A stretch of 64,000 nucleotides of DNA from Escherichia phage 4MG. The DNA lies in the sequence record NC_022968.1. The stretch is one strand, 5' to 3'. Positions 38,063-45,942 of the stretch are shown piece after piece; the first letter of the stretch is position 1, and every line of letters begins with the position of its first letter. The translations under genes and the position numbers were made by a program. A model generated the notes under the pieces. The model ran no database searches. It was not told the origin of the DNA and saw only the letters and a list, made by a program, of their open reading frames with translations.

Positions 38063-38082
38063 TTTGTTTACCTTTTCGGCTT

Positions 38083-38103
38083 GCCGGGGAGGTATTCCCC
38101 GGC
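38083..38103. repeat. GC-rich leader hairpin (family member)
   Basis: GCCGGGGA-GGTAT-TCCCCGGC. Confidence 0.65.
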
Positions 38104-38147
38104 CTCAAAAAGATATTAACCGATCCGCGCCTTGCTTGCAAGCGTTT

Positions 38148-38480
38148 TTATTCATCTTCCCCGTAATCATCGCCAATGTTGAAAATGTCCAGCATATCAC
38201 CAGCAGCGATCCACAGCAGGTACATTTCCAGGGTATGGCGATCCATATTATCGATCCCGTCTACCCCTTCACGCTCGATCCCGGTTTCAGCCAGATAATC
38301 CCGGATCATTTGATCGGTGTAGGCGCTAAACTGTAAACCGTCCCGGAAATAGGGCAGGGCTTCAACGGTGGAGGCTTCACAATCCCCAGAGTGGGCGATC
38401 TCTTCTACCTGGTCACGGTCACGGAAAATCAGACACAACCGACCACAGGAGGAAGACCAATAAACGTTTTTCTTTTTCAT
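38148..38480 (-). CDS. hypothetical acidic protein
   Basis: Trimmed start; acidic C-terminus DDYGEDE. Confidence 0.45.
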   Translation of the reverse strand: MKKKNVYWSSSCGRLCLIFRDRDQVEEIAHSGDCEASTVEALPYFRDGLQFSAYTDQMIRDYLAETGIEREGVDGIDNMDRHTLEMYLLWIAAGDMLDIFNIGDDYGEDE

Positions 38481-38482
38481 GA

Positions 38483-38716
38483 TTAAGCCCACACTTTAGC
38501 ATAAGAGAAGAGATCGGAAATATAGCCACGATACCCGCCGCGCTTGTGATTGCTTGCGTTATTCTTCCAGGCAACAACCACAGATCCCGAACGTTTTACA
38601 CCACAGAAGATCCCGCGATCCCCACCTTTTCCGGCTTCTACCCATTGCCCCGGCTGCAATTTTGCAACGTTGGTTTGAGCGTCCCAGATATCCACGGTTT
38701 TAGTGTATCGTGCCAT
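38483..38716 (-). CDS. hypothetical protein
   Basis: Leader hairpin plus GAAAGGTAAATATTATG. Confidence 0.5.
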   Translation of the reverse strand: MARYTKTVDIWDAQTNVAKLQPGQWVEAGKGGDRGIFCGVKRSGSVVVAWKNNASNHKRGGYRGYISDLFSYAKVWA

Positions 38717-38737
38717 AATATTTACCTTTCATTATGA

Positions 38738-38756
38738 CCGGGGACAATCCCCGGCC
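38738..38756. repeat. GC-rich leader hairpin (family member)
   Basis: CCGGGGA-CAA-TCCCCGG. Confidence 0.65.
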
Positions 38757-38768
38757 TGTTAGAATACT

Positions 38769-39110
38769 TTAGCCGATCTGGTTTTCAGAGTCAACCGGGA
38801 AAACATCATTTACAATCTCAACAACTACCGCGAAAACATCCAGAGCATCACGGATCGGCAGGCTATCCGCTTGCTTTACATAGCCTTTCACGCTTTCAAG
38901 CTGATAAGAGATGTAATGAGCTTTGCAGGGTTTTTGTGTGCCGTGATCAATGCTGTTTTCCGTGCGGATCATGATATCCAGGCGATCCCCGTTCACAGCG
39001 TCATTGATATGACAAAAACGCAATAACGTTTTATCATCGAAACGACGAAAATCACATTTTGCTTTGTCAGTAACGCCAGCCAGGAAGAAAAATTTATTTG
39101 CCAGTTCCAT
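38769..39110 (-). CDS. hypothetical protein
   Basis: ORF. Confidence 0.45.
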   Translation of the reverse strand: MELANKFFFLAGVTDKAKCDFRRFDDKTLLRFCHINDAVNGDRLDIMIRTENSIDHGTQKPCKAHYISYQLESVKGYVKQADSLPIRDALDVFAVVVEIVNDVFPVDSENQIG

Positions 39111-39126
39111 TTTTAAAACCTCGTTT

Positions 39127-39243
39127 TAGAATAAAGATAATAACAGCAGGAAGATCACGAAAGACCACACCAGACGACACATGATCCGCGCCTCAGTGTA
39201 AACCGGGTTTTCGGTAGTGTATTCTACTTTGTAACCTTTCATG
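39127..39243 (-). CDS. small membrane protein (38 aa)
   Basis: Below track cutoff; leader hairpin plus GGTGAGGTGAATCATG. Confidence 0.3.
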
Positions 39244-39261
39244 ATTCACCTCACCAGGTGA

Positions 39262-39280
39262 CCGGGAACCGCTCCCGGCC
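39262..39280. repeat. GC-rich leader hairpin (family member)
   Basis: CCGGGA-ACCGC-TCCCGG. Confidence 0.6.
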
Positions 39281-39321
39281 TTGTCTGATAATTATTGATC
39301 AACCGTTCCCCGTTGTCAAAT

Positions 39322-39618
39322 TTATTTTTTGGCCTCTTGTGTGGCGTACATTTCAACCAAACTTTGAGCGCTCAAATTATCCACAAAAAAGGATGTCACG
39401 GCAACCGCCGGATCACCTTCCACGGCTTCACCTTCCGGCATTGGTTCGACTTCCGGCGATGGTATGCAAGCCGGATTAATCCAGCGGCGATCCTCGGAAT
39501 AGCCACGCGCTACAATGTAGCAGGTTAGCGGATCGTCGTATGATTCAACAATAAAATCATCACACTGTTTAAGCGCAAGGGCGCTATAAAAACACATTCC
39601 GGCGAATACTTCAAACAT
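39322..39618 (-). CDS. hypothetical protein
   Basis: ORF. Confidence 0.45.
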   Translation of the reverse strand: MFEVFAGMCFYSALALKQCDDFIVESYDDPLTCYIVARGYSEDRRWINPACIPSPEVEPMPEGEAVEGDPAVAVTSFFVDNLSAQSLVEMYATQEAKK

Positions 39619-39627
39619 GATCTTTAC

Positions 39628-39846
39628 CTACTTTTTGAGGGTGAGGATAGGGCGTTTATCGCCTTCTTTAACTCCGGGATCTAGCTCATCACAGATCCCG
39701 ATCTGCTCGCCTTTGCCTAACGTGTATTCGTTTTCGTACACGTTGCAAGCCTGCTCGGTGGGGAATGTTTTTTTAACATCCCAGCTACATTCTAACTTCA
39801 TTGAAGTTAGCGAGATATGGCAGGCCATAACGATAAACCCGAACAT
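39628..39846 (-). CDS. hypothetical protein
   Basis: ORF. Confidence 0.45.
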   Translation of the reverse strand: MFGFIVMACHISLTSMKLECSWDVKKTFPTEQACNVYENEYTLGKGEQIGICDELDPGVKEGDKRPILTLKK

Positions 39847-40082
39847 TACGCCACCTCTTCAAAAGTCGATTCCCAGGCCCCGTGATAATCAACGCCGTTT
39901 TCGGTGTCCTCATCACAAGAGTGGATATTATCAAAAAGTTCGCCGGATGTATAGCCCTCATTCAACATTTCGAAAATTCTTTCTTGTGCTGATTCTTCTA
40001 AAAAATCCGCGTGGCGGTCTAATACTTCACCGTTATTATCTGACTTTTTCCACCAATAAGAGATTTTGATTTCGCGTTTCAT
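39846..40082 (-). CDS. hypothetical acidic protein
   Basis: Trimmed to ATG (MKREIKISYWW...). Confidence 0.45.
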   Translation of the reverse strand: MKREIKISYWWKKSDNNGEVLDRHADFLEESAQERIFEMLNEGYTSGELFDNIHSCDEDTENGVDYHGAWESTFEEVA

Positions 40083-40189
40083 TTTTCGGACTCCAGAATG
40101 ATATGGATAGCGACAACAGAGCAAGCCGCTACGATGAAAGATACCAGCGCCGCCACACACCAAAGGTTTGTATAATCTAACATTTTCAT
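40079..40189 (-). CDS. small membrane protein (36 aa)
   Basis: Below track cutoff; minus-strand AGAGAGG RBS; ATGA overlap. Confidence 0.3.
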   Translation of the reverse strand: MKMLDYTNLWCVAALVSFIVAACSVVAIHIILESEK

Positions 40190-40259
40190 TACCTCTCTTT
40201 AAGTGGTGGCATTATTGCCGCCTATGAATAAAGATACCATAAGCGGCGCAGATTGCAAG

Positions 40260-40550
40260 TTATTTTTTGATCTGGTTTGTGCGGTTATAGTCCTCATACC
40301 GTACACGGGACACGGTGACCGATTGAGGGAGGAGGCAACGCACACGATCCGCGCGGTTGTCATATTTCTGGATATGTGCCGGGGTATTGTTGCGGGTAAA
40401 CTTCACGCGTAAACGTAATTTTGTTGGATCACGGTCATCGATCCCGGTGACCACACCGAACCCAATTTGACCATAATTATGATAAACCATTTTGCCCAAG
40501 TATTTGTTTTCAAGAGCATTTTTAGTCAGAGCATTCATTACTTTACACAT
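40260..40550 (-). CDS. hypothetical protein
   Basis: First gene after promoter region; RBS AAAAGGTAAATATCATG. Confidence 0.5.
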   Translation of the reverse strand: MCKVMNALTKNALENKYLGKMVYHNYGQIGFGVVTGIDDRDPTKLRLRVKFTRNNTPAHIQKYDNRADRVRCLLPQSVTVSRVRYEDYNRTNQIKK

Positions 40551-40589
40551 GATATTTACCTTTTGGTTGTGTGGGCTTCACTATGTCGC

Positions 40590-40635
40590 CCTACGTGTTA
40601 AATATTAACAGATTCACGCCAGGACGCAAGAAAAT
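40590..40635 (-). promoter_or_regulatory. sigma70-type promoter (minus strand), conserved family
   Basis: Minus-strand TTGCGT - 16 nt - TAATAT followed by conserved CGTAGGGCGAC. Confidence 0.45.
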
Positions 40636-40839
40636 TATTAAATCTTTACAATATTCACTGTTTTGCATAAGTATTCAATGATATGCAAATAGTTTCACGT
40701 TGTTACTAAATTTAAGCCCTTTTGAGCGTGGCGCGGTTTCGTGATACCGCTTTAAAGCTCCTGTAAGCCTCTCTAAGCGCTTCAACGTCGAACCCTGGCA
40801 AGTGCATCACCTCGCGGAGAAGTCCCCAAATTCACTTTT

Positions 40840-40873
40840 TTGCATAGAAAAAAGGCCGGGGATCGTCCCGGCC
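40840..40873 (-). terminator. rho-independent terminator (minus strand)
   Basis: Minus-strand GGCCGGGACGATCCCCGGCC followed by TTTTTTCTATG, just after the stop of gene 40879-41082. Confidence 0.75.
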
Positions 40874-40878
40874 TCTTG

Positions 40879-41082
40879 TTAGTCAGTTTGTACGGCTTGC
40901 CACTGTAAAGCACGTTTGCGATCCGCCAACCGTTTATTGAGATTTGGATCATAACGGTCTGGCGTCCAGGTTTTGGCAACGCGTTCCGGCTTGTGTAATT
41001 TGTCGTTACGTTGGCGGCGCTCGTTTACTTCACCATAAGCCAGGCGATCACGCTTGCTTGTCATCTTCTCAATATTTCGCAT
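40879..41082 (-). CDS. hypothetical basic protein
   Basis: ORF ending at the terminator. Confidence 0.45.
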   Translation of the reverse strand: MRNIEKMTSKRDRLAYGEVNERRQRNDKLHKPERVAKTWTPDRYDPNLNKRLADRKRALQWQAVQTD

Positions 41083-41096
41083 TCTAAACCCTCGTT

Positions 41097-41444
41097 TTAT
41101 TTTCGTTTGTTGTATACATGTTCAATGATCCGGCCTTGCTGTTCTGCTAGCTCATTAGCTCGCCATTCTATGATCTCGGTTATCTGCTCTTTTGTGCCTT
41201 CTTTGTGATACGTGATAAACCCGCCACGCTTTTTCACTTCACACAATAGCCCGTTACCCTCAAGATCATTTAATGCCCCAGATCGCCGGGTGTGGTAGTG
41301 CTTACCGTGGAACCTATATTCAATATAATGATACACTTTCCCGATCCTGTATTCGTAGTAAATCCAGAGCACTCCCCGCCATAGCCTGGCGGGGATCTTC
41401 CAGTAAATAGCAGCAGCAGCTACCAAAAACAGGATTTTAAACAC
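41097..41444 (-). CDS. hypothetical protein with N-terminal membrane anchor
   Basis: Hydrophobic N-terminus. Confidence 0.45.
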   Translation of the reverse strand: MFKILFLVAAAAIYWKIPARLWRGVLWIYYEYRIGKVYHYIEYRFHGKHYHTRRSGALNDLEGNGLLCEVKKRGGFITYHKEGTKEQITEIIEWRANELAEQQGRIIEHVYNKRK

Positions 41445-41446
41445 TG

Positions 41447-42013
41447 TTAATAATCCTCTAACATTTCGCGCAGGGCTTCCAGTTCCTCACCTGTAAAGAT
41501 CTTGCGGAGTTCCTCGCCTGTTTTCTGGCAAGCAAGATAAATCTCTAAACCTTTGCGGCTATCCTCATCATAACCCATGTTAGCGCAAAAATCAGCATGA
41601 GTTTCTGATCCACAATCAGCATCAGCTAGCAGGCAGTAAAGCACGTTTGCGGCGCAAGGTGTCGCAACATATACACGGTAACCGAAAGACATTGCTTTAT
41701 TATTGTTGCGTTTGTAATCGTCGCGTGTCCAGTTTTTCTGATCCACTTGTGCAACTTTCGCGCCAACTTTCGCAAGCTCTCGCGCATCAGTCGGAGTTAC
41801 GCCACCGTTACGGCCTACACGGTGCCCGGTTCCCGTTTTAAATTCAGTGCGGTAAACGTTAGCGCCCTTTTCGAAACTCACAAAAAACAGATCCGCTTCC
41901 CACTTAGGATCATTGTTAACGCCGCCATATTGAGCATTAAAAGTAATGCCCTTTTCTTTCAGGAAGTTAGAAACGGCTACGTCTTGATCGTTGAAAGTGA
42001 TTTTGTTATTCAT
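41447..42013 (-). CDS. hypothetical protein
   Basis: 188 aa ORF. Confidence 0.5.
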   Translation of the reverse strand: MNNKITFNDQDVAVSNFLKEKGITFNAQYGGVNNDPKWEADLFFVSFEKGANVYRTEFKTGTGHRVGRNGGVTPTDARELAKVGAKVAQVDQKNWTRDDYKRNNNKAMSFGYRVYVATPCAANVLYCLLADADCGSETHADFCANMGYDEDSRKGLEIYLACQKTGEELRKIFTGEELEALREMLEDY

Positions 42014-42108
42014 GATATTTTACCTTTTGTTTGGTTTGGCATTATTGCCGGGTTATTTCTCTTACTTGGTGGAGCTATCTTAAAGCCCCACCTATTAAGA
42101 GTCAACAA

Positions 42109-42294
42109 CTATTTAATAATTTCTTTGCCGAAAGAATCAAAAGAGGCGATCACTTTTAGATTATCATCTAACAGCTTGCCGGGGATCTTTAGATTGTTGA
42201 TCCGTTGGCTAGCCTCTTGTTTAACGTCCTCAATAGTGCGGCTTGCCGAATTGAAGATCGTTAAAACTTGCCCGTTATCCATGCTTACAACCAT
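42109..42294 (-). CDS. hypothetical protein
   Basis: ORF. Confidence 0.4.
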   Translation of the reverse strand: MVVSMDNGQVLTIFNSASRTIEDVKQEASQRINNLKIPGKLLDDNLKVIASFDSFGKEIIK

Positions 42295-42295
42295 T

Positions 42296-42691
42296 TCACA
42301 CCGCCTTTAAATAATTGTTAGTTACTCGGTAAACGTGGCGATAAGCTTGTTTTTTGGTGTGCGGCGCATAGGTCATAGACTGATAAGCCAGATCATAACC
42401 GATTTTTTCAAGCCAGTAAAGCGCGGCGCTTTGCCCTTCATTGTGTGATTGTTCCCGGCGGCGTGGCGATTCCAGGACGGTGACGCCGAACCCGGTATAA
42501 CCATTTTGCACGGACAGAAGATCCCCACGGTGAAGCGTGGCGCGGTATTTGTTGATCGTGTTACCGTTGACATCTCGCCCAAAATCAAAGGAATCAATGA
42601 CCACGAAAAAATCCCCGGTTGTCTGGCGTGAAACTTCTTTCAGGCGGTTAACAGCGTCATACAGATTGATTGAGGTTTTAAACTTTGCCAT
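42296..42691 (-). CDS. hypothetical protein
   Basis: Leader hairpin plus TAAAGGTAAAGAAAATG. Confidence 0.5.
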   Translation of the reverse strand: MAKFKTSINLYDAVNRLKEVSRQTTGDFFVVIDSFDFGRDVNGNTINKYRATLHRGDLLSVQNGYTGFGVTVLESPRRREQSHNEGQSAALYWLEKIGYDLAYQSMTYAPHTKKQAYRHVYRVTNNYLKAV

Positions 42692-42711
42692 TTTCTTTAC
42701 CTTTAGTCAGT

Positions 42712-42729
42712 GCCGGGAACCGTCCCGGC
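42712..42729. repeat. GC-rich leader hairpin (family member)
   Basis: GCCGGGA-ACCG-TCCCGGC. Confidence 0.6.
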
Positions 42730-42770
42730 TTGAGTAGAATTATCGGCTTTTCTTGCCGGGGTGTCAATAC

Positions 42771-43064
42771 TTACAGAAGATTTTTTAATTCTTCGTAAGT
42801 GGCGGCGCTAATCTCGGTTACAGATTTAACACGTACAACATGAGCGCCACAATCAGACCAATAACCGCTTTCGTTCACTTCGTCGATATCATCGAAAGAA
42901 TAATGGGCGGCGGCGCAACGGTTTTCCGCTTCGTTGGTTGCATCTTCCAGGGAGTGATCAACAATAAGATCCACGGTCGGGAATTCTTTCCCATCATACA
43001 TGCAATAGATACGGGCAAGGAAAAATTTTGCTGGGGCGGTAGTGGTTTTGTTTGTAGTAGTCAT
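42771..43064 (-). CDS. hypothetical acidic protein
   Basis: Leader hairpin plus AAAAGGTAATACAAAATG. Confidence 0.5.
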   Translation of the reverse strand: MTTTNKTTTAPAKFFLARIYCMYDGKEFPTVDLIVDHSLEDATNEAENRCAAAHYSFDDIDEVNESGYWSDCGAHVVRVKSVTEISAATYEELKNLL

Positions 43065-43085
43065 TTTGTATTACCTTTTTTGTGT

Positions 43086-43104
43086 GGCGGGAACTATTCC
43101 CGCC
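43086..43104. repeat. GC-rich leader hairpin (family member)
   Basis: GGCGGGAA-TAG-TTCCCGCC. Confidence 0.6.
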
Positions 43105-43144
43105 TTGATTTGTAATATAATCGATCTAGCTTAGGATTGCAAAT

Positions 43145-43342
43145 TTATTTTGCAACATAATCCGGGTTAGGTGTACGGCGTTCAATGATCCGGGCTTCGT
43201 ACCCGTTGCGGCGATAATCTTTCTTTGTTGCTCTCGCATCAGACCAATTTGCCTCGGCGCAGGAATCCTCCCAGCCGTTGCAGGTTCTTTCCTGTACGAT
43301 GATTTCATAAAGCCATTTATTAACACGCGGAGCCTTTGCCAT
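43145..43342 (-). CDS. hypothetical protein
   Basis: RBS GAGGTAAACGAAATG; preceded by a hairpin-containing promoter. Confidence 0.5.
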   Translation of the reverse strand: MAKAPRVNKWLYEIIVQERTCNGWEDSCAEANWSDARATKKDYRRNGYEARIIERRTPNPDYVAK

Positions 43343-43373
43343 TTCGTTTACCTCGTTTTGTTTCGGTTTTGGT

Positions 43374-43403
43374 ATTATGCGCCGGATTCCCGGCGCTTGT
43401 CAA
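43374..43403 (-). promoter_or_regulatory. sigma70-type promoter whose spacer is a GC-rich palindrome
   Basis: Minus-strand TTGACA - AGCGCCGGGAATCCGGCG - CATAAT; spacer is a family hairpin. Confidence 0.5.
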
Positions 43404-43405
43404 AT

Positions 43406-43735
43406 TTATTTTCTTGCCATATGAGCAGCAAGCCGGGCGGCAACCTGGGATCGCTTATGCATTACCGGGATCGGCTTGCCGTTTGCGTCGTGTACATAGG
43501 ATACACGGGGCGCTTTGCGGTTGCGATAGCCTGCTTTTACTTCCAGCGTAACAACCGGGGCGCGTTCCATTTCAGCACGTTGATCGGCGGTGTCCTGGAT
43601 TGCTTCAACCATAACGCCGGGGATCACTTGCCAGCGTTTACCAGCAGGGGCGGCGGTGCCGTTGTCGATCACTTTGCCACCGTTAGATTTTGCAGCAGTA
43701 CGGGCAAGGGCGCGAGAATTGAAATAGTTATTCAT
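43406..43735 (-). CDS. hypothetical basic protein
   Basis: Track ORF trimmed to ATG (MNNYFNSRAL...). Confidence 0.45.
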   Translation of the reverse strand: MNNYFNSRALARTAAKSNGGKVIDNGTAAPAGKRWQVIPGVMVEAIQDTADQRAEMERAPVVTLEVKAGYRNRKAPRVSYVHDANGKPIPVMHKRSQVAARLAAHMARK

Positions 43736-43825
43736 GGTGTAACCTCGTTTAGTGTGGTTGTTTGTTTCGCTTGTCAATGTCCGGGAAGTATAACCCCAGA
43801 CATTAACCAGCGTCAACAATTATTT

Positions 43826-44122
43826 TTATTCTTCGGTGTCGTCATCAGGATCACCGTAAGCACTAGGGATCGGGGTGTTACAGTTATCACAAGGCAGATC
43901 CGCGCCTTCCCAGTAGACATCCACGCCAGCAGGCATCCAGGCCGGATCGCATTCGTCCCTTAATTCTTCCAGCAGGCGGGGGAAGTTTTCACGGGTACAC
44001 TTTGAACAAAGGCAACCGCCATCACGCATGATCAAAATTTTCGGATACCCGCCGAACTCATACGGGTGACGGATATAATTTTTTACAGTGCCGATCAATT
44101 GCTTGTTAGCGGAAATTTTCAT
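43826..44122 (-). CDS. Cys-rich acidic protein
   Basis: CLCSKC ... CDNC cysteines; leader hairpin plus GAAAGGTAAAACAGAATG. Confidence 0.5.
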   Translation of the reverse strand: MKISANKQLIGTVKNYIRHPYEFGGYPKILIMRDGGCLCSKCTRENFPRLLEELRDECDPAWMPAGVDVYWEGADLPCDNCNTPIPSAYGDPDDDTEE

Positions 44123-44143
44123 TCTGTTTTACCTTTCGTTAGT

Positions 44144-44162
44144 GCCGGGGCGCGTCCCCGGC
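44144..44162. repeat. GC-rich leader hairpin (family member)
   Basis: GCCGGGG-CGCGT-CCCCGGC. Confidence 0.65.
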
Positions 44163-44195
44163 TTGTTAGTAAGATAGCCGATCCGAACCTGGGGA

Positions 44196-44726
44196 TCAAG
44201 CTACTTTTAAAATATTTTTCAGGCCGTCGATATTAGACAGCAGATCCGCGCCTGCTTTCTTTGCAGCTTCCAGGGCTTCGGAGTCGATCCCGTTTTCCTT
44301 GTAAACATCTTTTGCAGCGTCGATCAATGTTTCATCGTCATCATAGGAATAATCGAAACTACATCCCATCGTTTCGCCGTCCAGGAGTGTGATCCCGTTT
44401 GCGGTAGCAGTTACCACGAAACCATAATCACTAGCGTTTAAATCGCGCTCTAATGCCTCTTGTGCGGCCTTGTAAGCGTTAGCCGATGGATTCTCATCAC
44501 CCTGGCTTATCAGGTGTGCGATCCTTTCTTTCAAGCTGTATTGAAGCGGGATCGCGTACTTGTAAGAGTTTCGGCAGGCTTGCGGATTTTTAACCGTTAC
44601 CCCACCTTCGTGATCGTCGGTCATTTCCCATTGATCCGCGAACCCGGTAAACTCATTAAAGTTAACAACGTTAACAGTAAAATCAATGCCGTTTGAAGAG
44701 TAGTTGAAAGTTTCGATAGTGTCCAT
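44196..44726 (-). CDS. highly acidic protein, first gene of a minus-strand unit
   Basis: 176 aa rich in Asp/Glu; RBS AAAAGGTAAAGCAAATG; directly downstream of a promoter. Confidence 0.5.
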   Translation of the reverse strand: MDTIETFNYSSNGIDFTVNVVNFNEFTGFADQWEMTDDHEGGVTVKNPQACRNSYKYAIPLQYSLKERIAHLISQGDENPSANAYKAAQEALERDLNASDYGFVVTATANGITLLDGETMGCSFDYSYDDDETLIDAAKDVYKENGIDSEALEAAKKAGADLLSNIDGLKNILKVA

Positions 44727-44764
44727 TTGCTTTACCTTTTGTGTGTGGGCGGCGGTGTGTCGCC

Positions 44765-44800
44765 CTGATGAGATGAATAGTAAGCGCTTTACTAATTGCC
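44765..44800 (-). promoter_or_regulatory. sigma70-type promoter (minus strand), conserved family
   Basis: Minus-strand TTGACG - 17 nt - TACTAT followed by CAGGGCGAC. Confidence 0.5.
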
Positions 44801-44850
44801 GTCAATACCCCTGGATGAAAATATTTTAAAAATCTTTTTGCCCGGTGTGG

Positions 44851-44878
44851 TTGCATCCCGGCGGGGATCGTGTACTAT
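44851..44878 (+). promoter_or_regulatory. sigma70-type promoter (plus strand), divergent from the minus-strand promoter
   Basis: TTGCAT - 16 nt - TACTAT, preceded by AAAATCTTTTTGCC element. Confidence 0.45.
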
Positions 44879-44908
44879 ATAAAGACACACACAAGAGAGG
44901 TAAACGAA

Positions 44909-45100
44909 ATGGAAAACGGGAAAGTAGTTGCAAGCGAAACAATGGTAACCCTGTACACCTGGGAGAGTGAGCGCGGAGCGCCCCAGGTTAGGATCGTGCC
45001 TTTGCCGTTTGCAGAACGTGCGAGCGTGTCCGGGTTTTACTATGGCACAAAGGCGGTGAGTGAGTCCGGCGCGGTGTTATGGGATAGCAGGGAAGACTAA
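44909..45100 (+). CDS. hypothetical small protein
   Basis: Trimmed to ATG after AGAGAGGTAAACGAA. Confidence 0.4.
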   Translation: MENGKVVASETMVTLYTWESERGAPQVRIVPLPFAERASVSGFYYGTKAVSESGAVLWDSRED

Positions 45101-45120
45101 AAAATCTTTTTGCCTGGGGC

Positions 45121-45149
45121 TTGCAATCCGTGCGGCCCTGGGTTATATT
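45121..45149 (+). promoter_or_regulatory. sigma70-type promoter with no ORF downstream
   Basis: TTGCAA - 17 nt - TATATT, preceded by a second copy of AAAATCTTTTTGCC; no RBS-led ORF follows. Confidence 0.45.
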
Positions 45150-45475
45150 TATCAGACAGAAGAGAAAACGCCACTCCACGGCGAAAAGGCGGGGCTAACG
45201 TACCGGGCGCGGGTGCCAGGTCGGAAGGTGGATCGCCGGTAGTTCGTCTGAATGACATTTGTAAAGATTTGTAAAGATGGTTGATCCTGGGGTTGGTTCT
45301 GCTATTATTATCACATAGCGGGAACATTGAAACCGGAGTACAAAACACCGGGGGTGCCTGTCATTCTGCAAATGATAATGATTATCATTCAACAAGCTAA
45401 ATGAGAATGCTTCTCATTCCGCATAAAAATTTATCTTGACATCGAGTGTGCTTGTGTGAGAAAATTATTGATCCC

Positions 45476-45681
45476 AAAAAATTTTTTCGCGTCTATAGAA
45501 AAAATACGTTTTTGAAACTGAAAAGTCGATCGAGAACCGGGCGCAAAAATTTTTTCGAGAGCGAGAAAAAATACGATCTCGATTTTGAAAAATCGATCGA
45601 GAACCCAATCTCTACCGAGAAAAATTTTTTGAGCAGTATAGAAAAAATACGATCTTGAAAACGAAAAAGTGATCGAGTACC
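45476..45681. repeat. three imperfect tandem direct repeats (~62 bp unit)
   Basis: Units at about 45476, 45545 and 45621 sharing AAAAATTTTTTCG...AGAAAAAATACG...TCGATCGAGAACC. Confidence 0.7.
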
Positions 45682-45907
45682 TGAAGTTTTACTCCCGAAA
45701 TATTGGAGATAAGTTTTGCAGTTTTTTGAGATATTTGTCCAGATGTGACAGTTGTTTTTGCAGTAAATTCATACAGTTACGTGCATGTTTTTGAGATATG
45801 TGGCAGGTTGTTTTCGAGATCTTTATTCACAAAATATTGGATTTACCTGGACACTTCAGCAGAGGCCGTTTCGAAAACCATTTCGATTTTCATTTTGATT
45901 TCTGGTT

Positions 45908-45942
45908 CAAAATATCCAGGCAAATATCAGGTCAAATATCAC
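45908..45942. repeat. short iteron-like repeats
   Basis: CAAAATATCCAGGCAAATATCAGGTCAAATATCAC (AAATATC three times). Confidence 0.5.

Noticed and set aside
39383-39391. Perfect DnaA box TTATCCACA
   Set aside because: Single occurrence inside a predicted coding sequence with no clustered boxes or adjacent AT-rich unwinding element; most likely chance.
40782-40979. 65 aa minus-strand ORF
   Set aside because: Overlaps the minus-strand terminator at 40840-40873 and the 3' end of gene 40879-41082 in another frame.
45436-45464. TTGACA -35-like hexamer at 45436-45441 as a plus-strand promoter
   Set aside because: No acceptable -10 hexamer 16-18 nt downstream.
45476-45681. Possible CRISPR array
   Set aside because: The repeats are contiguous about 62 bp AT-rich units with no unique spacers between them and no cas genes nearby; classed as tandem direct repeats.
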